The translations under genes were made by a program, and so were the position numbers. DNA of 63,236 bases, the filler included. It is 12 parts of 12 records of this genome, joined end to end, with 100 filler letters (N's around TTAATTAATTAA, not from the genome) between each part and the next. Parts side by side here need not be neighbours in the genome. Positions count along the whole stretch, not along the records: positions 30,495 to 38,965 come from SRR7504441_10671; positions 39,066 to 42,347 come from SRR7504441_10672; positions 42,448 to 45,827 come from SRR7504441_10676; 9 more parts are not named here. One strand, written 5' to 3'. Numbering within the stretch: position 1 is the first letter of the stretch; every line of letters begins with the position of its first letter. Below the pieces are notes generated by a model, which did not search any database, was not told where the DNA came from, and saw only the letters and a list, made by a program, of their open reading frames with translations. Shown in pieces: positions 34,136 through 42,805 of this stretch.

Positions 34136-35323
34136 TCACTCGGTGGCATCGCTCACCCCTTGACTCACATTCACCGCCTGCGAGTCCGGCCACGCCCTCA
34201 GCTCCAAGTCCTCCTCCGCCAGCACCGGCACGCAGAACATCCACTTGTTCCGGTCCATCAGCTCGCGCAACGGCACCCACCGCGCCGCTCCAGCCTGCTT
34301 GGGCGGTGAAGAGCTCCGGATCTGAGAGAATGCCCTCCCGTCCTCGAAATACTCGACTGTCAGCCCGCCCGACCCGGCCTCGAGTCCGCACAGATGCGGA
34401 TCGAGCAACAGCAGCTCCCAGATCCAGCCGGCCGAGCACTTATGCTCCCGGATCCCAGCCAGCACGTACGCGAATGTGTGGTCGTCACACATCACGACAG
34501 TCCTTGGCCCACTCTCGCTGAAGTGGGCAGCCAAGTACCGCTGGAGCTGATCGAGCAGCCCCGGGCTGGACCAGCGCTGCAGCTCAAACTGGATCGCTGG
34601 GCACGCAGGGGCCACGGAGCCGGCAGCGAGCAGTGCAGCGACCAGAGGCGGCTCGATCCAGCGCGTGCTGCCCACATCCTCAGGACGGATGGTCTTACCC
34701 GACGGAGCTACTGTCCCGAGCTGGGCCAGGCCCTGCTGGATCCCGCGGATCGTGGGCACGCTCACTGGGTGCGCCCCCTGCCGCCGCTGGGCGCAATCCA
34801 TCAGCATTTGGCAGCAGCGGTAGGCGCATCCCCACGACTTGTCGCTGGTCGGTGCGCACCCGTAGTAATAGTAACGAACCGTGCTGCTCAGCCCGACGCT
34901 CCGGACCAACCCCATCCCGGCCAGCTCCTGGGCGTCGGCCGCAAAGTACTCCATTAGCCCGTCGCACGGCTGGTACGAGCCCTCCTCGCTCATCCGTTCG
35001 GGCGCTGCGTCCTGGGAGGCTTTGATCGCCGCCTCGAGCATCTCTTGCTCCTTGTCCGCCATCGCCCGCCGTTGCTCCTCGTAACTGGACTCGGTGACGG
35101 CGGCCCCCACCGGCTGCAGGAAAGCCAGCTCTGGGACTTCAGGGTGCTGCAGCGCGTTCCAGCCGTCCCGGTGTCGGATCCAGCCGTCGCGCAGCTCGAG
35201 TTGCTCCACCGTGTCCCCGTGGTCCAGCTCGCCCACCACCGCCGCCTCCGGGTCCGGACTCGCCCGCACATTCAGCCCGTCCACCCACACTACCTCCCAG
35301 TGGGTGGCCTTCACCATTTTCAT
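34136..35323 (-). CDS. SH3b + UIM + peptidase C78 (UFSP-type UFM1 protease) protein, intronless
   Basis: SH3b GLNVRASPD...VVGEL..GD.V......GW; UIM EQEMLEAAIKAS; C78 YYYYG...DKSWGCAYRCCQM, VGSTRWIE and LLLDPH. Confidence 0.85.
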   Translation of the reverse strand: MKMVKATHWEVVWVDGLNVRASPDPEAAVVGELDHGDTVEQLELRDGWIRHRDGWNALQHPEVPELAFLQPVGAAVTESSYEEQRRAMADKEQEMLEAAIKASQDAAPERMSEEGSYQPCDGLMEYFAADAQELAGMGLVRSVGLSSTVRYYYYGCAPTSDKSWGCAYRCCQMLMDCAQRRQGAHPVSVPTIRGIQQGLAQLGTVAPSGKTIRPEDVGSTRWIEPPLVAALLAAGSVAPACPAIQFELQRWSSPGLLDQLQRYLAAHFSESGPRTVVMCDDHTFAYVLAGIREHKCSAGWIWELLLLDPHLCGLEAGSGGLTVEYFEDGRAFSQIRSSSPPKQAGAARWVPLRELMDRNKWMFCVPVLAEEDLELRAWPDSQAVNVSQGVSDATE

Positions 35324-35507
35324 CAAAGGATGAGAGGATTGGCAACACTGCAGCGGCGGCCCGCCGTCTGACAGCCCGTCGAAGTCGCGAATCGCCGACC
35401 GTGTCAGCAGCAGCCGTGTCAGCAGCAGCCTGACCGCCTGTGCCCGGCGCCCGCACAGCTGTGGCCTGCGGAGCCCACCCGTCGGCTTGCGGGGGCTGCG
35501 AGCACCG

Positions 35508-37352
35508 ATGAAGCTGCTGGTGGTGTTCGGCCGGGCGGGGGCTGGTAAGAGCACCATCGCGCAGGCGGCCGTGCGCAGGGCAGGGAGCGAGCAGTCCAGC
35601 TGGCTGGCTATCGACCTGGACGTGTGCGTGCCCGACTGGATGCGCCAGAACTTCGGCCAAGGGATATACCCTGATACCGAGCAGCGGGCCCAGTTCGCCC
35701 AGGAGGCCTGCCAGCATGTGCGCGAGCAGCAGGCCGCACACCCGGCCAGCCCAGTCTGTCTGGTGAGTTTCTCCTTCGTCAACAGCGATCTGCGAGAGCA
35801 CTTTAGAGCCGACTTCCCCGATGCAGTGTGGATACTGGTGGATACGCTGCCGGGGCAGGCTGCCGAACGGATCGCGAGCAGGCAGGGCCATTTCTACACT
35901 GGCCCGCCGGAGGGGCAAGCGGCCGACGAGTGGGAGTTTGCGCCGGTGGAGTTTGGCTGCATCCGGTTGGATGGCGCGGCCGCCGTGGCAGAGAACGCAG
36001 CGCGCGTGTGTCAGGCGGCTGGGGTCAAGCATACCTTCCACTGCGGGGAGGGTCTCAGAGGGCACACAGCCACCAGTGAAAGAGCCCCGCTCCCGGCATC
36101 TGAGGCGATCTTCATTCATGTCCAGCGAGACAAGCTGGCCGAGTTTAGGCTTTGTCTCCTGCCCAATGGCATCAGCGAAACGCGAGGAGCAGCCAAAGAG
36201 CAAGTACTTTGCTTCGCCATAGGTCAGCATGACAACAGGATTGCTGCAATGGGCTTAGGCAATCCTCATTTGATATCAGCCGAGGATGGCTACCGCCACT
36301 GCGAACTGCCGAGGGCTGGGGACGTGAAGAACTTCTGGATATTCTGCGATCGGAGCTCAGGCTGGATTGCGCTTGGGCATGGCAAAGTGCCAGACATCGG
36401 CACGACACTGCTCACTTGCCGCTTGAGGGCCGAGCTGCAACCATCGCTTGCTGCGCTGACATGCGCCGTGGTCAGCAATTGGGAGGACTCAGTTTCTGTG
36501 GTGATGAGGGCTCAGGCCATGCAGGCGGCAGACTTGCAGATGCTGCACATGCCAAGCGACAAGTTCGATCTTGCCGGCGCAGCTATTGGGATGCGTGGAT
36601 TGACCTTTGTATGCGACCTGCCGGCTAGCGAGTGCAGCGTCCTGCGTCCAATATCTGCCATCATGTATCAAGTGCGGCACGCCCTCGCGACCGACCCAGC
36701 GCTCGCCAGCAACTTCGCCCTCCTCCCGCTCGACTCGTTTCACATGACAGTACTTGACCTAATCTCCGGCCTGCAGTATCAGCAGGCTGTGGAGGCGCAC
36801 CTGCGCGACCCAGCTGCCTCTACTGCGGCGCGGGCGCAAGTGTACAGGATGCAATTCCCCGACGGGCTGACAGAGCCGGAACAGCTTTACATCACGGCCA
36901 TTGCGCAGCGCCTGGAGCAGGCCGGCATCATGCAGAGCGTGCCGTGGACGACGTTTGCGATGCGCGCCGTGGGGCTGGACGATCTCTGCAAGACGGTCGA
37001 GCTCGAGCCTTGGGACGACAGCGTGTGCGACGCCCTCGAGGCCTGGCGGAAAGCTGTCGCCGAGTCGACCAATGCTCTCGGTACCAATCGAGCTGGGCCG
37101 ATCGTGCGCAGAGTTCCAGTGGCCAACGGCAGCTCGGGACGCCGGTGGGCCCGGGGGGCGTATCGCTTTCACATGACTGTGGCGTACGAGAACTTCCCAA
37201 TCGCAAAGTCGAAGGAGGCCTGGCAGGCGTTAGCGCGCATCCGCCAAATGTCAGCAGCGGCTTTCCGGGACCTAGGCCCAGTACTGCTCAAAGCGCCGCA
37301 CTTCCGCCACTTCGCATCGATGGAGAGATTCGACCCTGTGACTCTACTGTAA
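35508..37352 (+). CDS. Fusion of gluconokinase-like P-loop kinase + FAMeT-like beta domain + DUF1868-type 2H phosphoesterase, intronless
   Basis: GRAGAGKST P-loop and ERIASRQGHF lid; middle KNFWI....GWIALGHG segment; KFD..G....RGLTFVC, LLPLDSFHMTV, YRFHMTVAY and FASMERF, giving two Hx(T/S) motifs. Confidence 0.8.
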   Translation: MKLLVVFGRAGAGKSTIAQAAVRRAGSEQSSWLAIDLDVCVPDWMRQNFGQGIYPDTEQRAQFAQEACQHVREQQAAHPASPVCLVSFSFVNSDLREHFRADFPDAVWILVDTLPGQAAERIASRQGHFYTGPPEGQAADEWEFAPVEFGCIRLDGAAAVAENAARVCQAAGVKHTFHCGEGLRGHTATSERAPLPASEAIFIHVQRDKLAEFRLCLLPNGISETRGAAKEQVLCFAIGQHDNRIAAMGLGNPHLISAEDGYRHCELPRAGDVKNFWIFCDRSSGWIALGHGKVPDIGTTLLTCRLRAELQPSLAALTCAVVSNWEDSVSVVMRAQAMQAADLQMLHMPSDKFDLAGAAIGMRGLTFVCDLPASECSVLRPISAIMYQVRHALATDPALASNFALLPLDSFHMTVLDLISGLQYQQAVEAHLRDPAASTAARAQVYRMQFPDGLTEPEQLYITAIAQRLEQAGIMQSVPWTTFAMRAVGLDDLCKTVELEPWDDSVCDALEAWRKAVAESTNALGTNRAGPIVRRVPVANGSSGRRWARGAYRFHMTVAYENFPIAKSKEAWQALARIRQMSAAAFRDLGPVLLKAPHFRHFASMERFDPVTLL

Positions 37353-37520
37353 CTCTATCGTGCAAATCGTTAAATTACATGAGTTGACATAGGTTGGATT
37401 GATCTCTACAGCGAGCTGCTGGGGTGAGCTTCTCCTGATTCCCCACGGATTTTGCTATCTAGAGCACCATACATGTACATGTAGAGATGCCACTGGTCAA
37501 AACCCGTAAACCAATGATAG
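37330..37520 (+). repeat. ~180-bp direct repeat, copy 1 (includes the last codons and stop of the kinase-2H gene)
   Basis: Aligns to 38731-38907: TCGACCCTG..GACTCTACTGTAACTCTA.CGTGCAAATCGTTAAATTACATGAGTTGAC...GGGGTGAGCTTCTCCTGATT.CCCACGGATT...AGAGCACCAT...AGAGATGCCAC...CGTAAACCAAT. Confidence 0.92.
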
Positions 37521-37633
37521 CCTACTCTAAGCTGCTTGCCTACTCCAATGCGCAATCGAGTACTCGTAATGTTGGAAGTAAAGTCTTTAACATTGCAATT
37601 GCAAGGCAACCTAGCAGGATTCAAGTGCATCAC

Positions 37634-37683
37634 GCGCTAATCACGCACCCTAGATAGCGCTAATCACGCACCCTAGATAGCGC
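37634..37683. repeat. 23-bp tandem duplication
   Basis: GCGCTAATCACGCACCCTAGATA twice, plus GCGC. Confidence 0.9.
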
Positions 37684-37690
37684 GGTGCCT

Positions 37691-38692
37691 CTACGCTGCC
37701 TCGCGCTCTCGCCACAAGCCCTGCAGCGCCTTTGCAACCGTCTTTGCAAAGAACGTGTAGCCGACCTCTGTGTAGTGCACCGACAGCGCGGCGCACTTGG
37801 GAGCGCAGAGCTTGCAGGCCCCGGGCCCGGTGTCGCGCCACGGCACCGGCCCGCACTGGGCCATGATGGGTGAGTAAATATCCACCGCGGGTATCCGCTC
37901 CCGTTTCATCAGCGCGCTCGCCCGCTTGTTCAGCTCCACCACGGTCGGGTTATCCGCCGGGTCGGGCGTGTTGTGCGCGGGCGACGTGCCGAGCCAGAGC
38001 AAGGCGGGCCCTTTCGCTGGATTGCCGGCCCAGAGCCTTTGCTTTAGCTGGCTGACAATCTGTCCCAGCTGGCTCTCGTACTGGTCGGCCCCGGCCAGGC
38101 CAAGGTTGTAATCGTGCAACCCAAAGTTGAACACCACAGCGTCTTTGCTGGACAATCCCAACGGCTGGAGCGTCGAGGTGGCCAGCCGGTAGTCGATGCA
38201 CTGGAGCATGTCGGACGTTGAGCGTGCGCCCCCGTCTCCGCTGGCCGGCGAGTGCGTCACAAAGGCCGATGGAAAGCCCGATGAGGCATTGGCCAGCAGC
38301 TTCTTGAGCACGGCGGTCCAGCCAATCGAGACTGAGTCGCCTATCACCACCACTGTCCTTCCAGACGCCTTAAACGGCAACGGCCCCGGGGCGCAGGTCC
38401 AGGCCTCTGTGCAGTTCTGGCCTTGTACTGGTCCGCAGGCATACTTGCCCTCGGCGGGGACGCAGCCGGCTGGTGAGCAGCGGCTGCCGGCCGGGCAGCA
38501 AAAGTTGCTGCCAGCTGGGCAGCAGATGGCCCCGGGGAGGACGCAGCAGCCCATCCCGGTGTCGGAGAAAGTGTCGTTGCAGCAGGTGGCACCGGCCTTG
38601 CACATGGTCGGCTGGCGCGCCGGGCATGCTGTATCGGCCCAGGAGCCGCGAGCCAGACTACTGGCGCAGAGCCACAGCAGTGTGCGAAGCAT
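37691..38692 (-). CDS. Secreted granulin-like Cys-rich domain + SGNH/GDSL hydrolase, intronless
   Basis: Signal peptide; C..G.TCC......GCC..P.A.CC.....CCP.G..C; SGNH blocks IGDSVS, GGARST, FNFGLHD and VHYTEVGY. Confidence 0.88.
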   Translation of the reverse strand: MLRTLLWLCASSLARGSWADTACPARQPTMCKAGATCCNDTFSDTGMGCCVLPGAICCPAGSNFCCPAGSRCSPAGCVPAEGKYACGPVQGQNCTEAWTCAPGPLPFKASGRTVVVIGDSVSIGWTAVLKKLLANASSGFPSAFVTHSPASGDGGARSTSDMLQCIDYRLATSTLQPLGLSSKDAVVFNFGLHDYNLGLAGADQYESQLGQIVSQLKQRLWAGNPAKGPALLWLGTSPAHNTPDPADNPTVVELNKRASALMKRERIPAVDIYSPIMAQCGPVPWRDTGPGACKLCAPKCAALSVHYTEVGYTFFAKTVAKALQGLWREREAA

Positions 38693-38707
38693 TGCCCCGG
38701 CGCAGTC

Positions 38708-38713
38708 TAACGG
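38708..38713 (+). promoter_or_regulatory. YAACGG (Myb-type) motif
   Basis: TAACGG ~16 bp upstream of ATG 38692. Confidence 0.5.
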
Positions 38714-38730
38714 AACAAGCTGCAGATCGA

Positions 38731-38907
38731 TCGACCCTGCAGCTGCGACTCTACTGTAACTCTAACGTGCAAATCGTTAAATTACATGAGTTGACCTCGG
38801 TTGGATTAACCTCTACAGCGAGCCGCCGGGGTGAGCTTCTCCTGATTTCCCACGGATTGTGCTAGAGCACCATAGAGATGCCACCAAAGCTCGTAAACCA
38901 ATAATAA
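38731..38907 (+). repeat. ~180-bp direct repeat, copy 2
   Basis: Homologous to 37330-37520. Confidence 0.92.
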
Positions 38908-39065
38908 CTAATTATATAAGTACATGATTGTACAGGCTACATGTATATTTCGAGATCGGAAGAGCNNNNNNNNNNNNNNNNNNNNNNNNNNNNNNNNNNN
39001 NNNNNNNNNTTAATTAATTAANNNNNNNNNNNNNNNNNNNNNNNNNNNNNNNNNNNNNNNNNNNN

Positions 39066-42000
39066 TGCACTGACCGAGCAGCTGCAAGCCAAGGATGGCG
39101 AAGTATGCCGACTTGAAGAGACGCTTAGCTCTCTAGAAGAGGCCAAGCAGCAGAGTGTGGCTGAAGCAGCGACACGAGCTAGTGCCCTCAAGGCCGACGC
39201 AGATCGGAACAGAACTAATTTAGAGCAGCAGCTGGTGGAAGTGAATGAGCTGCTTCGCAAGAAAGATGCTGAAATCACTGAGCTCGAGGTTTCACGATCA
39301 AAGGTAGCCGGGTTGCTTGCCAGGCAAATGACCCATGTTTGGCAGGATTCTTTGGACGGATTTGTACGTGAATCTGAAATGGTTAAGACCCTTCAAGAAA
39401 TGGTTTGCCAGCGCTGCTTTGATATTACACTTGGTAATGCACTTGCCCAGGTCGGATTTCTCAAAGACTCGAAAAGACGTGGTGATCCTGAGGAAGTGCT
39501 GGCCTTGGCCAGACGAATGGAGAATAGCCTGGACCCTTCATCACTTTTGGCTGCTAAGGGCATTGCCGATTTATGCGGGGATGTATGCGACATGTTCATG
39601 GAATGTCGTGCACGAGACCAGAGAGAGAAAGAAAACTTGAACCTCAATATCAACAAGCTCACGGATGAGCTTGATGAGAGCTATCACAAGCAAGAGCAGC
39701 TGGTGCTAGACATGGACCAAATGCAAAGTAAACTCACCTGGATTAGCTCGCATGTGTCCCTTAAGGAACGGGCATACAGCGTCATCAAGAAAAACTTTGT
39801 TCCAATGCATGCGAATGCGGATATCCAAAGTTATCAGGTCAGGCAAATTAGATGAGCTGAAAAATACCCTCAAGACTCGTGAGGGCAAGCTGCGAAGTAT
39901 CAAATTCCTCTTGGATCAGTACTCCGTACAAATGCGTGTACTACACGACGTCTATTTGAAGCCAATGCAGGCTCACATTGAAGAGAAAGCCTTCACAACT
40001 GTGGACCCGAAGGGCTTCTTCCTTAGAGTTTTCAATGTTTTCTGCACAGCCCTTGCACGTCTGAATGTAGTGTTGGTTTCGATAGAGGAGAAGATGTCTG
40101 CGATCAAAGATGCCAATGCCTCAAATGCTGACATGATTCTATGCATGCAAATCCGCAGGCTCTGGCTTCTGCGTGGATGCATTCTTAAAATCATGAACCG
40201 CGGAGTGCAAATCAACGCAGCATTCAAGATGTATGCCCGACAGGATTCCGAATTCAGAGCAGCCTGGGCGGAGTGCAGGAAACAGGCCAAATCAGCTGGC
40301 GTGACTACGAGTTCAGATTATCTTTGTAGTCAACTCAGTCTGCTAACAACCTGTAAGCTCATGGAAGAGCTCAAGGATCTGGCGAAGGTTTCTTCGAAAG
40401 ATAATCCGATGCTGTCGGAGCTGAACCAAGCTTGGGAATTAATTAAAAAGCTTCAAGTCTGGTTGGACGCAGAAAACGCCGAGAACAGGAAGCTCGGACG
40501 CTTGCAGAGTTCTTTCTTGTTGATGGAAGAGGATCTGGTTTCAGAATGTCGCCAAATCCTTCGACAGGGTAATCTAAAAAAGATCCATCGCCAATCTTGC
40601 TGCAGCACAGAAGGCAGATCTCAGCGGCTGGTGGTGCTGATGAGCGACTGCCTTCTTGTCTGCTTAATTCGGCAAAACCAGCATCCCGCAATCTTGGCCT
40701 TGATGCAAATCTTTATGCAACGCGCTGGGTGTCATAGCGACGTCAACTCTACTCAAGACGAGTGGAGGCCACCTTGCTGTATAAAGATCTCACATGATAA
40801 TGTCAAAGACGTGATCAAATCTTATTGGAGAAGTTTCAGGGGCATGTCTCGCTCCAGCAGGACTATCCGGTCCGATCTTGAACCGTGTCTCAACGAAGCG
40901 CCGCACCTGGGTGACAAACCAAACATCAGTTTCAACGAGTTGCTCGAGCTCCTCAAGCCGATCCACAGCCTGATGGGGTTGAAGCAAGACAAAGGGAAGG
41001 AGTTATTTAGGGTCGAAACAATCTTGTCTGTGCCCAACGGAATCAAAGCGGTCGGTACCGGTGCTGGTTGCGGTGCAGCTACGCGTTTCCGGGTGCTAGG
41101 AACTCCTGTCGGAAAGAAAGACCAGACCAGCGCTTCCACTTCGTTACAGATCGAGATTGATCTAGAGGCAGTGTCTTCCGAAGCTGCAGCAGAATGGATT
41201 ACATCCATCAATGGTGCGGCTGGGAGAAACGCGGACAGAATAGATGAGCTAGATCTGTGGGAAAATGGTTACGAAGATGCTTTGAATGGCCACTCAGACC
41301 CACTGAGAATGTATCATGGGGCTACAAACAAGTCATATCAACCGATGGATGGGGCCGCTGCAGAGGGCTCTGCCTCGACTTCACCGCAGGCAGCAACCAC
41401 AGAGCAGCCTGCAGTCACGCCAGCAGAGACTTCAGCCAGTAAGGAGCTAGACGAGGAGGAATTGGCACGTGTGACAGCCGCACTCGGCCTGACCTGCATC
41501 GAGGCTGCCAAGAATGGCGACTTGGAGGGGCTGGAGCGCTGCTTAGATGAAGCCCCTCAGCCAGCAGGGGTGATGGCATGTAGAGATGATGAGAATGGCG
41601 CAACTCCGTTGATCTGGGCTGCGTCTGATGACCACATAGAGCTAGTCGAGGCGCTCCTCAAGCATGACGCGGCAGTGGACCAACCGTGTGCCGTGTATGG
41701 CAGAACTGCATTGATCTGGGCAAGTCACTTTGGCAATTTCCGGTCTGTTGCCATGCTTCTGCAGCACAATGCCGATATCGATGCGTGGAGCAATACGGGC
41801 TATAACGCATTGCTCCTCGCAGCTATTGGTGGACACGCCAATGTCGTCCAGGTCTTGCTGGCACATGATGCCAACCCGCTGGGCCAGGATAAGGAACAAG
41901 GCTATTCGCCACTGCAGTGGGCAGAGTACAGTGTTACCGAGGACCAGCAGGTGTCCTCGTCTGCAGTCCGCACGACAATAGACTACAACCCAGCCACCCA

Positions 42001-42347
42001 CTCTTGGACTGAGCGTCGAGGAGGCCCAGGTTTGCTCGCTCTTAGATTACTCCAACTAACAGTCAAGGCAGGCTTGAACTTACTCGAAATGCTACAAGCT
42101 CGAGCCGCAGAACGGCAAGACAAGGCTGAGACTTGGGGCCGCACGTCGCTACGCGCAAAGGCATCTTGAGCAGTAAGGTACAGTTGGTTGACCCATTCTT
42201 TCTGTGTTTTCAGGTGGTCCAAGGCGCACAAGTGCAGCAGTTCGCGCAAAAGGAACGCCTTCTAAACCCAAACTTCTGGGCAGATCAAAAGCGGAAACAG
42301 CGAGCTGCGTCCCCAAGCAAAGAAAGCACAATCGAATCCCCTGAAGA
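39066..42347 (+). CDS. Coiled-coil + divergent DH(RhoGEF)-PH + ankyrin-repeat protein (partial at both ends)
   Basis: DH-like MRVLHDVYLKPM..FKMYA; PH-like RQILRQGNLKK...RLVVLMSDCLLVC...EWITSI; ankyrins NGATPLIWAA, YGRTALIWAS and TGYNALLLAA; a ~52-nt intron starting GTAAAC near 39728 joins the two ORFs. Confidence 0.7.
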
Positions 42348-42447
42348 NNNNNNNNNNNNNNNNNNNNNNNNNNNNNNNNNNNNNNNNNNNNTTAATTAAT
42401 TAANNNNNNNNNNNNNNNNNNNNNNNNNNNNNNNNNNNNNNNNNNNN

Positions 42448-42575
42448 TCGTACGAGTGGTCCCGCCACATCCAGCTGGCGTTCCGGCCGACGGTGGAGCC
42501 CATGGCCGGGGCGTGCGAGTGGCTCTCCCAGCCGGGGCCGAAGAACTGGGTGTGCGGCGTATTGGCGACCGCCAT
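42448..42575 (-). CDS. 5' fragment of an unidentified gene
   Basis: ATG at 42575, open to the contig end (MAVANTPHTQFFGPGWESH...); TAACGG at 42606-42611 upstream. Confidence 0.4.
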
Positions 42576-42805
42576 GTCCTCTCCCCGGGCTGCCGTGAGA
42601 TTCGGTAACGGCGAACTGGCAGACGCAACCAAAATCTTGCGGAGGGCGATCGATGTACTGTATAGAGTTAACAATACATGTAGTAGAGTCTATGCGTAAG
42701 TACTAGCTAAGACAATCCGCATGCTGAATTATCAGGTCGTCATGATGCACCGCCACACCGACGGAGCTTCCATCATTGACACTCCATAGAGATCAATCCC
42801 GTGGG

